Virus record (IMG/VR): IMGVR_UViG_3300045391_001377
Coordinates: 1 to 15,320 of that record
From: a virus
Strand: one strand, 5' to 3'
Length of the DNA stretch: 15,320 bases
Part shown: positions 6,537 to 13,324 of the stretch, piece by piece
Layout: each line of letters starts with the position of its first letter
Numbering within the stretch: the first letter of the stretch is position 1
Translations under genes and position numbers: made by a program
Notes under the pieces: model-generated
The model's input: only the letters and a program-made list of their open reading frames with translations
Databases searched by the model: none
What the model was told of the DNA's origin: nothing

Positions 6537-8192
6537 TCAGGTGGGCTCGACGGCGGCCAGGGTGACGAGCCCGGCCGGGTTCGTGATCTCCAGCGCGCCC
6601 ATGCCCCAGATCGCCGTGTCCTCGCCCAGCTTCGGGACGTCGACGGCGGTGATGACCATGGGACCGTCCTCGGACCACTTGGCGGCGAGCCCGTTGGTCA
6701 CGACGAGCGAGCCGGCCGGCAGGTACCGGGCGTGCGCCACGTTGAGCCCGGAGAGGTTGACGTTCAGCTGGGATGCGTTCGACGTGCCGGACACGTTCTG
6801 CACCGGGTAGGCGGCCGGGTTGAGGGCGCCGCCGATGCGGACGTATTCGTCGGTGGCGGCGAGCACGACCGACGCCGGTTGACCGGTGGCGGCCTCGACC
6901 TGAACGGACGCGGCGAACACGGCGGCCCGGAGGATCTTCAAGTCGGGGTCGGACGCCGCCGGGTCGTAGTCGACCCAGCCGGCCGCCGGCGAATCGGCCA
7001 CGGCCCAGAGCCCGGCCGACGCCGCGTAGTCGGTGCGGAGCGCGTACGCGGCGTTCATGATCCGGAGGTAGGCGTCTCGGTAGCTCGGGGTCGAGCGGCG
7101 GATCAGCTGGTAGCTGATGTCGGATCCGCCGGCGTAGGTCTTGATCGGGGCAGAGCCCTTCTTGAGATCGACGCGCACGGATTGGATCTCGGTTTTCTGG
7201 GTGACCTGCTCGGCGACGAGCTGGGACAGGTCGCCGTCGAAGTACGGCCAGTCGACGTCCATGCCGCCGTCGGGCAGGGGGCGGGTGCCGATCGCGGCGA
7301 TCAACGGCCGGGACAGGTCGACGATGCCGAACACTTCGTTCAGCCATCCCGGGGTGATGACGCCGGCGTTGTTCCCGGTGACCTGATCGACCCAGGCGCG
7401 GGCGACGGACCGGGAGATCTCCCGATCGGTGTACGCGGCGTCGGCACACTCGACGAGGGTCCGGAACCGTGCGAGCGGGTGGGCGGCTTCGGGCAGCTGG
7501 GGCAGCCGGACGCGGGTGATGGCCTGGCGGACCATCTCGTCGATCTCAGCTCGAGCGACCGTGACCGGCGCATCGGTCGGTGCGGGCGGTGGCAGGTTGC
7601 CGGCCGGCGGCGCCGGCGGCGTGTTCGTGTCGGTGCCGGCGCCGCCGGCGTTCTGGGTCTGGTCGTTGTCCATGTTTGCTCCTGTTGGGTTGGATCGGGC
7701 GGCCGTGACCATCGCGCCCGGGTAGGCGCCACGGTTCGGCAGGGTGATGATCGCGACGCCGGTCAGCACGCTGGGCCGGGCGGCGGTGCGGGTGATCTTC
7801 TGGCCGGGCCGCCAATCCGGCGGTTGTTCCACGTCGGCTTCGATCGAAATGTCGGCGCCGACCAGTGACGCCAGGGCGTACACGTCGCGGGCGGTGGGCG
7901 TGTCGGCCAGCTCGATCGTCGCCCGGTAGCCGTCCGGGCCGTCACCGATGGGGAACACGCGGCCGATCAGCGGCCCCTGTTGCGGCCCGTTCGGGCCGAC
8001 GGTGTGACCCGCGTACGCGGCGACGATCGGCGCCGGCGTGAGTGAGCCCGGCGTCCATTCCTCGGTGTACATCGTGCGGCCGTCGTCGGACACGGTGGCG
8101 GTCACGTTCCACGGAACGAGCACGGCGTCGAGTGTGTGGCCGTCGCCTCGGGCGGTGACCGTGCCGGCCCGGGTGATCGTGTGTCGGGTCAT
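6537..8192 (-). CDS. Prohead protease fused to an HK97-fold major capsid protein, 551 aa. The start is re-set to ATG 8192.
   Basis: ATG 8192-8190 overlaps the portal TGA 8191-8189, and GGAGGA lies 9 nt upstream. Residues 1 to about 165 look like an HK97-family prohead protease (GHTLDAVLVPWNV...YAGHTVGP...GADISIEADV, with candidate His and Ser). Residues about 167-209 are a Pro/Gly/Thr low-complexity linker. The remaining ~340 aa are capsid-like and end just before the adaptor gene. The 943-aa ORF-track version is a shadow of the portal gene upstream of 8192. Confidence 0.8.
   Translation of the reverse strand: MTRHTITRAGTVTARGDGHTLDAVLVPWNVTATVSDDGRTMYTEEWTPGSLTPAPIVAAYAGHTVGPNGPQQGPLIGRVFPIGDGPDGYRATIELADTPTARDVYALASLVGADISIEADVEQPPDWRPGQKITRTAARPSVLTGVAIITLPNRGAYPGAMVTAARSNPTGANMDNDQTQNAGGAGTDTNTPPAPPAGNLPPPAPTDAPVTVARAEIDEMVRQAITRVRLPQLPEAAHPLARFRTLVECADAAYTDREISRSVARAWVDQVTGNNAGVITPGWLNEVFGIVDLSRPLIAAIGTRPLPDGGMDVDWPYFDGDLSQLVAEQVTQKTEIQSVRVDLKKGSAPIKTYAGGSDISYQLIRRSTPSYRDAYLRIMNAAYALRTDYAASAGLWAVADSPAAGWVDYDPAASDPDLKILRAAVFAASVQVEAATGQPASVVLAATDEYVRIGGALNPAAYPVQNVSGTSNASQLNVNLSGLNVAHARYLPAGSLVVTNGLAAKWSEDGPMVITAVDVPKLGEDTAIWGMGALEITNPAGLVTLAAVEPT
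7674..7683 (-). promoter_or_regulatory. Internal Shine-Dalgarno AGGAG (7683-7679) plus a 5-nt spacer ahead of in-frame ATG 7673, inside the protease-capsid gene.
   Basis: The minus strand reads AACAGGAGCAAACATGGACAAC. ATG 7673 is codon 174 of the fusion (8192-7673 = 519 = 3x173) and lies at the start of the linker. It sits in a local low-GC patch within an otherwise high-GC gene. Confidence 0.5.
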
Positions 8193-9343
8193 GCTGTTAC
8201 TTCCTCCATGCGGTTGATGGTCAGCTCGGCGGGCGTCGGTTGGCCGGCCAGGAACGGGATCCGCTGGCGGATCTCGTCGGCGGTCATCCACCGGCCCAGC
8301 GCGTTGGTGAAGTAGTCGGCCTGGGCGGCCTCGTCGGCCCGGGTCAGATCGGTTGTGTCGAACCGGGCGTCGGTCCCGAATGGCTGGAGATCGCTGAACG
8401 CGCCTTCCATGCGGGTGAGGTACGGACCCAGGCCGACGATCCGCCACTTCGTGAACTCGCCGGCGGTCGTCGAGTACGTGAGCGAGTCGCCGCCGGCGAC
8501 GTTCACGAGCGACGGCATGACGCCGGCGGTGCGGGCGATCTCGGCGTTCGCCCAGTTGATCGACTCGATCAGCTGGGCCTCCACGGCGGACGATCCGATC
8601 GGGACGATCTTGCCGCCGTTGTCGATGATCGCCGGTTCGTGCCGGCGTGACCAGCTCGACAGGATCTGGCGCTTCATCTCGGGTGCGTCGTCGGGCCCCA
8701 GTCGGGTAGCGACCTCGATCGCGACCGACGGGAACCCGGCTTCCCAGAACGAGCCGGCCATCTCGTACAGGGCCGACAGGTAGGTGACGGCCTGCCAGCA
8801 CGCGGCGAACGGCCCTTGTCCGACGTGACCGTTCGCCGGCACTTCGTACGGGAGCCAGATCACGCCGTCCTTGCCGGGCGTCTGATATCGGCCGTCGATC
8901 CAAACGTCGACCATCTCGCCGTTGAGATCGAACGTGGGGGCGCCTTTCGACGCGTCGCACACCCGGAACGCCAGCGGGTAGCCGGCGGCGTCGTAGGCCG
9001 TCGGCAGGATCCAGCAGTAGCCGGCGCCGGTCAGGTTGCTGACGATCCGCTGAATGGTCAGCCAGTAGGGCTCGTTCGGGTTCGGCCGGCGGAACACGGC
9101 CGGTTGATCGGGCCGCCGTTGTCCGCCGCGCATCGCGAATACCGGCAGCTGCATCGCGGTGTCCGCGATGATCCGCCGGCACGCGACGACGATGGGGAGC
9201 TGCCACGGGTTCATCGCGGGCCCGATCGTGCGCGCCTGTTGGGCCTGGGCGATCAGTTCCAGCAGAGCGGCCTGGGACCGTGCGATCTTGCGACGTCGTG
9301 CCATACCGGCCGCAGTGTGGGGTAACAGCGCGACCGGATGCAA
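8189..9343 (-). CDS. Portal protein, HK97-family-like, 384 aa from TTG 9343. The alternative start ATG 9304 gives 371 aa.
   Basis: Size and position fit, between terL and the protease. The portal-typical segment is AEIARTAGVMPSLVNVAGGDSLTYSTTAGEFTKWRIVGLGPYLTRMEGAFSDLQP. GGTGAGGA lies just upstream of TTG 9343. An in-frame stop at 9352-9350 bounds the N-terminus. Confidence 0.85.
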   Translation of the reverse strand: MHPVALLPHTAAGMARRRKIARSQAALLELIAQAQQARTIGPAMNPWQLPIVVACRRIIADTAMQLPVFAMRGGQRRPDQPAVFRRPNPNEPYWLTIQRIVSNLTGAGYCWILPTAYDAAGYPLAFRVCDASKGAPTFDLNGEMVDVWIDGRYQTPGKDGVIWLPYEVPANGHVGQGPFAACWQAVTYLSALYEMAGSFWEAGFPSVAIEVATRLGPDDAPEMKRQILSSWSRRHEPAIIDNGGKIVPIGSSAVEAQLIESINWANAEIARTAGVMPSLVNVAGGDSLTYSTTAGEFTKWRIVGLGPYLTRMEGAFSDLQPFGTDARFDTTDLTRADEAAQADYFTNALGRWMTADEIRQRIPFLAGQPTPAELTINRMEEVTA

Positions 9344-9445
9344 GGATCCTCACCGGAACGCACGCCACGTTGACGCCTCCCGGGCGATCAGGGTGCGGAA
9401 TGGGTACTGATAGCCGGGAATCGGCACAGGGCCGTACAGAGCGTG

Positions 9446-10867
9446 TCAGTAGGTCGTGGGCCGGCGGGTGCGTTCGTCGGACCAGCGCCAGGCGGCCATC
9501 GACGCGGCGATGACCGGCAGGGCGCCGGGCGTGCGGCGGTCGAACAGCCAGGCGCCGCCGGCAGCTCGTCGACGAGCGGCCGCGATCGCGTCGACCATTC
9601 CCGGGTCGTCGCGGCGTAACAGCCGGCCGCCGATGATCCGGTCGTAGAACGCGCCGGCGGCGGCGGTGACGTCGTTCGTTCGGAACGGCGCACAGTTGAC
9701 GGCGAGCCGGCCGAAGTCGTGAGCGAGGCTGTTGGCCGGGCCGCCGGCGTCCCAGACGAGCGAGCCGGGCCGGTGCGTCGAGATCAGTTCGCCCAGGCGG
9801 TCGAGCAGGCCGGGTCCGTGTTCCCGGTCGTCGACGAGCTCGACGGCCGGCCGGTCGTCGTGGCCGTCACCGACGGCGACGATCACGGCCCGTTCGCGGT
9901 CGTAGTCGATCTCGACGGCGAACGAGAGAACGCCGGCCGGCGTGCCGGTGTCGAGCGCGGCCCAGGCGTCGACGAGCTTTCGGTCGATCAGGCCGCCTGA
10001 CCAGATGCCCAGGTACTCGGCGCCGAAGTCGTCGATCGACATTCGTTCGTAGTCCGCCGCGATCGCGTCGGGCAGCAGGTGGTATCCGTAGGCCGGGTGG
10101 GCGGCCGCCCACGTCGCCGGCGACGACGCATCGAACCCGGCGGCCAGCGGGTCGACGCCGTACTCGATGTAGGCGATGTCGCTGTCGGGATCTTCGGTCG
10201 ACGCCCGGCCCAGATCCCGCCACTTCTCCAGCCAGGTCGAATCCTCGTTCCCGGAGTTCGACCACAGGATCGTTTGGCCGCCGTACCCGGTCGCCTGGGT
10301 CGGGAACGTTGCTCGCTCGATCTCGACGCCCTGCGCGAGCGAGAACAGGCGCGCTTCGTCGATGTGCGCCAGGTCCGATCGGAACGACCGCATGGCGTCG
10401 CCGGCCGGTGGCAACAGCCGGAACGTCGACCGGTTGTGACGCCACGTGATCGCCTCGGATCCGTTCGACTGACGGAGCTTGAGGAATCGCGGGTGGAGCG
10501 GCGAAAGCTCCAGCATCGGGAACCATTCGTCACGCCACAGGGCCGCGGCGGTCTCGCGTCTGAACGATGTGTAGAACGATCGCGACATGCCACGCCGGCG
10601 GCCGACGGTCAACGCCTGGCAGAGCTGGAGCCAGGTCTTGCCGGCACGCCTCGGGACGATCACGACACCGGTCTTGTACCGCGGCCGGCCGTCGGGCCGC
10701 AGTGTGCCCAGCACGTCGGCGGCGTGACGTTGCCAGGGGATCAGGGCCTGCCCCATCGCCCGCGATGTGCCGGCGATCTGATGGCCGATCGTGCGTAGCT
10801 CTGGGTCAGGCCTCGTTGTCCAGAGCGGCGAACAGGGCGTCAACGTCTCCGTTGTCGTCGTCACCAT
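9446..10867 (-). CDS. terL: Terminase large subunit, 473 aa.
   Basis: It has Walker A (VPRRAGKT), Walker B-like (LAHIDEA), an N-terminal LIPWQRH motif and a C-terminal nuclease-type region. ATG 10867 would overlap terS by 62 nt, so the exact start is uncertain (TTG 10843 is possible). Confidence 0.9.
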   Translation of the reverse strand: MVTTTTETLTPCSPLWTTRPDPELRTIGHQIAGTSRAMGQALIPWQRHAADVLGTLRPDGRPRYKTGVVIVPRRAGKTWLQLCQALTVGRRRGMSRSFYTSFRRETAAALWRDEWFPMLELSPLHPRFLKLRQSNGSEAITWRHNRSTFRLLPPAGDAMRSFRSDLAHIDEARLFSLAQGVEIERATFPTQATGYGGQTILWSNSGNEDSTWLEKWRDLGRASTEDPDSDIAYIEYGVDPLAAGFDASSPATWAAAHPAYGYHLLPDAIAADYERMSIDDFGAEYLGIWSGGLIDRKLVDAWAALDTGTPAGVLSFAVEIDYDRERAVIVAVGDGHDDRPAVELVDDREHGPGLLDRLGELISTHRPGSLVWDAGGPANSLAHDFGRLAVNCAPFRTNDVTAAAGAFYDRIIGGRLLRRDDPGMVDAIAAARRRAAGGAWLFDRRTPGALPVIAASMAAWRWSDERTRRPTTY

Positions 10868-11132
10868 CGGATCGTGCGATCAGGTGCGACAACGTCGAGT
10901 GATAGCGGCCGATCAGGTTCGACTTCGTGAACCGTGATTCCTCGGGATCCAGAATCGCGGCGTCCAGCTCGTCGGCCGCTACGCGACAGAGCGCCACGAG
11001 CGCGGCGTCGACGTTCTCCAGCAGTCCGCCGGCGCGCATCGCGTTGAGGGTCTGATCCAGGCCGCGTCGGGCCCGGCCGATCTTGCGCTTCACCGGGCCC
11101 GGCCGGAACAGCGAACCCTGGCCGGCGGTCAT
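10806..11132 (-). CDS. Terminase small subunit (putative), 108 aa from ATG 11132. The alternative start TTG 11171 gives 121 aa.
   Basis: It lies immediately upstream of terL. It has a basic N-terminus (KRKIGRARRG), a helical middle and an acidic tail. ATG 11132-11130 overlaps TGA 11131-11129 of the small upstream ORF. TTG 11171 has GAGG 4 nt upstream. Confidence 0.5.
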   Translation of the reverse strand: MTAGQGSLFRPGPVKRKIGRARRGLDQTLNAMRAGGLLENVDAALVALCRVAADELDAAILDPEESRFTKSNLIGRYHSTLSHLIARSDGDDDNGDVDALFAALDNEA

Positions 11133-11317
11133 CGGTCCGCATCGCCGGCGATCGGCCCGATGTAACTGCAAACGGCCTCGTTCGGTTCGTTGGGAGAGAG
11201 AACAGACGGAGCGGCGGGGTACAACGTCGAGCCGTCAAAGAACCGGCGGGCGGTCGGACACGCGCAGTACGCGACCCACGACGGCGAACAGCGGCGATCA
11301 ATGCACGGACACGTCAC
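11129..11317 (-). CDS. Candidate small Cys-rich protein, 62 aa from GTG 11317 or 63 aa from ATG 11320. It fills the HNH-terS gap.
   Basis: My own translation is (M)VTCPCIDRRCSPSWVAYCACPTARRFFDGSTLYPAAPSVLSPNEPNEAVCSYIGPIAGDADR. GTG 11317-11315 overlaps the HNH TGA 11316-11314. Its TGA 11131-11129 overlaps the terS ATG 11132-11130. GC3 is about 76%, lower than in neighbouring genes. The same DNA is where a cos site would be expected, so coding status is uncertain. Confidence 0.4.
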   Translation of the reverse strand: MTCPCIDRRCSPSWVAYCACPTARRFFDGSTLYPAAPSVLSPNEPNEAVCSYIGPIAGDADR

Positions 11318-11574
11318 CATCGCCGCGACGCTCCAGGCCGACGGCCAACTCGACGACGATTGGCGATCCGTGCGCCGGCGCCGTAGTTGCATGGACCGCA
11401 CGCGGGCACGAGCTGGCAGCACGACGTACCTGCCACGTGTTCGTGGTCCGCGATCGCGGGCACGTGGTCGATGGTCGTCGACAGGCGGCCGCAGCCACGC
11501 CAGCACGGCGCCGGATCCGCACGGTTCGCGGCGACGGCCTCGCGGTAGCGGCGTTCGCCGTACACGCGAGGCAC
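11314..11574 (-). CDS. HNH endonuclease, 86 aa.
   Basis: CWRGCGRL...TIDHVPAIADHEHV...CQLVPACGPCN shows paired Cys-x2-C zinc knuckles around an H-N-H-type core. The position next to the terminase genes is typical of cos phages. Confidence 0.85.
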   Translation of the reverse strand: MPRVYGERRYREAVAANRADPAPCWRGCGRLSTTIDHVPAIADHEHVAGTSCCQLVPACGPCNYGAGARIANRRRVGRRPGASRRW

Positions 11575-11576
11575 GA

Positions 11577-11759
11577 TCAGCCCCAGCCGCGGCCGGGCCG
11601 GCTACGTGGAACCCCAGGCTTCGGCGGGTCGCGATGCTCGTTCATCACGAGGGCACGGCGTTCGTCCTCGTCCTCGATCGGTGGGAACGTGGCATTCCTC
11701 GGCGGTGCGGCCTTGCGCGGTGCGGCGGCCTTCTTCGTGGTCGACTTCTTGGCGGTCAT
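11577..11759 (-). CDS. Small Lys/Ala/Pro-rich basic protein, 60 aa, unknown function.
   Basis: ATG 11759 has an ATGA overlap with the upstream gene, and AGGGGA lies 8 nt upstream. The N-terminus is MTAKKSTTKKAAAPRKAAPPR. GC3 is high. Confidence 0.55.
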   Translation of the reverse strand: MTAKKSTTKKAAAPRKAAPPRNATFPPIEDEDERRALVMNEHRDPPKPGVPRSRPGRGWG

Positions 11760-12151
11760 GTCGGGGTTCCCCTGTCGTCGGTTGGGTGATGGTCTGTCGT
11801 GCGCTTCGGGATCAGCCGTTCGATCTGGGTCTGTCGTTCAGCGATGTGGCGGACGTCGTCGCGCACGTGGGATATCTCGTCGCGCAGCTCGTTGCGGATC
11901 CCGACCAGTGACAGCTGGATCTTGTCGAGCATGGACGATCCGCCGTTGTTCCGCAGCTGGGCGGCGACGGACTCGACGGCCTGCTCGTTGGTCTTGGCGG
12001 CGGCCTCGGCGGTGGCGGCCGCGTTGCGGGCGGCGATCGTGGCACGGCGGCCGTTCCACGCGGCGATGATCGACGGCAGGGCGATCACCAGGCCGGCGAT
12101 CGCCGTCGTCAGGTTGTCCCCGATGTCGATGTTCAGATCCTGGCCGATCAC
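11756..12151 (-). CDS. Single-pass membrane protein with a coiled-coil C-terminal region, 131 aa. It is a lysis-cassette member.
   Basis: GTG 12151-12149 overlaps TGA 12150-12148. The ORF track uses GTG 12163, four codons longer. The TM segment is LTTAIAGLVIALPSIIAAW, followed by a helical charged region containing NGGSSMLDKIQLSLVGIRNELRDEI. Confidence 0.6.
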   Translation of the reverse strand: MIGQDLNIDIGDNLTTAIAGLVIALPSIIAAWNGRRATIAARNAAATAEAAAKTNEQAVESVAAQLRNNGGSSMLDKIQLSLVGIRNELRDEISHVRDDVRHIAERQTQIERLIPKRTTDHHPTDDRGTPT

Positions 12152-12291
12152 GTCAGCACCCACGCAGTGATGGCGGCGCCGACGATCCCGCCCGACAGGG
12201 CGGTGAGCACGAACGCGAGGAACAGGGCCGGCAGCACGTCGTCGCGGACAGGGCCGTCCGGTTCGGTGCGGTACTTCGGGTGGTCGATCAC
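12148..12291 (-). CDS. Small holin-like membrane protein, 47 aa. The start is re-set to GTG 12291.
   Basis: GTG 12291-12289 overlaps the endolysin TGA 12290-12288. The sequence VIDHPKYRTEPDGPVRDDVLPALFLAFVLTALSGGIVGAAITAWVLT has one C-terminal TM helix. The ORF-track N-terminus is Arg-rich and overlaps the endolysin gene. Confidence 0.5.
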   Translation of the reverse strand: MIDHPKYRTEPDGPVRDDVLPALFLAFVLTALSGGIVGAAITAWVLT

Positions 12292-13121
12292 TGGGCCGCC
12301 CGGGCGACGAACTCGCCGTACTGCTCGGCGGACACGCTGACCGTGGTGGCCTTCATGGCGGCGATGAGTGCGAGCGTTTGGGACGTCGAGCCGTTGAGCC
12401 CGATCAGCTGAACGCCGGCGCCGTCGACGCACACGATCAGCTCGGGCACGCCGGCGTCAGCGGGTGGGATCAGGTGCAGAGTGGTGGGCATGTCGGTTGT
12501 CTCCTGGGGTTGGGTTGGGAAGGTCTGGAACTCGTCGGACAGGAAACCCTTGTCGACCACGCGGCGGATGCCCTTGCCGGCGCATGCGGTCGGGTTCCCG
12601 GGTGGGATCGGCAGGCGGCCGTGATCGACGACGGCGAGCTGGGTCCGTCGGCCGCGATACGGGTGGCGGCGCGTGCAGGCGTTCAGCCAGCGGGCGGCGC
12701 GCATCGCTTCGCCGGTGGGCTCGTCGTCGCCGTCGACCAGGAACAGGATCGGGCCGGTGTGGTCGTTGTGCCCGGCGTTCGCGGCGGACTTGAACCCGCC
12801 CAGGCCGGTGTACGGATCGAAGCCGCGCAGCTGCCAGATCCCGCCCAGCCAATCGATCGCCCACCAGTACCCGACGCTGTAGCCGCGCGTCACGACGTAG
12901 TCACGTTGGATCGCCCGGAGGTAGGCCGGCAGGTCGTCGATGAACTCCCCCAGATCGCCGTCGATCAGGTCGATGGCGGCGGTGTAGTGCGGAACGATCA
13001 TGTCGACGAGGCGGGGCACCCAGGCGGGCCCGGTGACCGGCCGGGCCGGATCTTCCCAGACCGATCGCGGGTGGTACGTGGGCGTCCAGCCCGGGCCGTA
13101 GATGTGCGGGTCAACGATCAT
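12288..13121 (-). CDS. Endolysin: N-acetylmuramoyl-L-alanine amidase (Amidase_2/PGRP-type) with a ~67-aa C-terminal domain. 277 aa.
   Basis: Evidence is VPHYTA, RGYSVGYWWAIDWLGGIWQLRG, AGHNDHTGPILFLVDG and HGRLP...TACAG, which match His/His/Cys zinc-amidase signatures. GGAG lies 8 nt upstream of ATG 13121. There is an ATGA overlap at 13118-13121. Confidence 0.85.
   Translation of the reverse strand: MIVDPHIYGPGWTPTYHPRSVWEDPARPVTGPAWVPRLVDMIVPHYTAAIDLIDGDLGEFIDDLPAYLRAIQRDYVVTRGYSVGYWWAIDWLGGIWQLRGFDPYTGLGGFKSAANAGHNDHTGPILFLVDGDDEPTGEAMRAARWLNACTRRHPYRGRRTQLAVVDHGRLPIPPGNPTACAGKGIRRVVDKGFLSDEFQTFPTQPQETTDMPTTLHLIPPADAGVPELIVCVDGAGVQLIGLNGSTSQTLALIAAMKATTVSVSAEQYGEFVARAAQ
12492..12505 (-). 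promoter_or_regulatory. Internal Shine-Dalgarno AGGAG (12505-12501) plus a 9-nt spacer ahead of in-frame ATG 12491, inside the endolysin gene.
   Basis: The minus strand reads CCCCAGGAGACAACCGACATGCCCACC. ATG 12491 is codon 211 (13121-12491 = 630 = 3x210), right after the TQPQETTD linker. A-ending codons are locally enriched. Confidence 0.4.
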
Positions 13122-13324
13122 CGGGGCAGCTCCAGTTGTTCCCAGCGGCGAGGCGTCCAGACCTTCCCGGACGTGCCGTTGCGGTAGGCGGTGATGTACC
13201 GGGCGTTCGCGGCCTTACACGAGTCACACCGGCAAGGGATCGTGCGGTGCACGTACCGGGCGCGTGTGCCGTGCGGTGGCGCCGTGCGGATCGTTGCCGG
13301 CCTCGGTGTGCGGTCGTCGGTCAC
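13118..13324 (-). CDS. Small HGT..Y..C-R-C-x2-C motif protein, paralog A, 68 aa.
   Basis: The motif is PHGTRARYVHRTIPCRCDSCKAANARYITAYR. GTG 13324 has a GTGA overlap with the upstream gene, and there is an ATGA overlap with the endolysin gene. Confidence 0.6.
   Translation of the reverse strand: MTDDRTPRPATIRTAPPHGTRARYVHRTIPCRCDSCKAANARYITAYRNGTSGKVWTPRRWEQLELPR

Noticed and set aside
5761-7449. Other long minus-strand ORF-track entries: 5761..7449 (562 aa), 1769..2929, 961..1728, 4844..5647, the N-terminus of 13321..14553, and 9867..10526.
   Set aside because: Outside the trimmed regions they overlap better genes and are Arg/Pro-rich. They are stop-codon-poor alternative frames of a ~70% GC genome. 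Real starts were placed at 4-nt overlaps or Shine-Dalgarno-preceded codons.
6537-9368. A 943-codon ORF opening at GTG 9368 behind a near-perfect Shine-Dalgarno (GGGAGG, 7-nt spacer). It reads through the whole portal gene in another frame and joins in frame with the protease-capsid gene.
   Set aside because: The first ~392 codons are extreme Arg/Pro/Asp shadow sequence (RRRR runs), typical of off-frame translation of a high-GC gene. The overlapping 8189..9343 frame has unmistakable portal motifs. The true protease start at ATG 8192 has its own GGAGGA and an ATGA overlap. The SD-GTG pair is probably fortuitous. Only ribosome profiling could revive the idea.
9344-9445. The ~100-nt untranslated gap between terL and portal as a structured RNA or small gene.
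   Set aside because: I could find only 4-bp stems. There is no ORF with start context in the portal orientation apart from the rejected GTG 9368 frame. The gap may simply hold the portal ribosome-binding region (GGTGAGGA before TTG 9343).
1843-13187. Long plus-strand ORFs, for example 1843..2898, 3078..4142, 4405..5199, 5521..6279, 6732..7868, 11083..12069, 12378..13187 and 32..262.
   Set aside because: All are antisense to well-supported minus-strand genes. Their Arg/Gly/Ser/Thr-rich composition is characteristic of antisense shadow frames. I found no start-site context supporting them.
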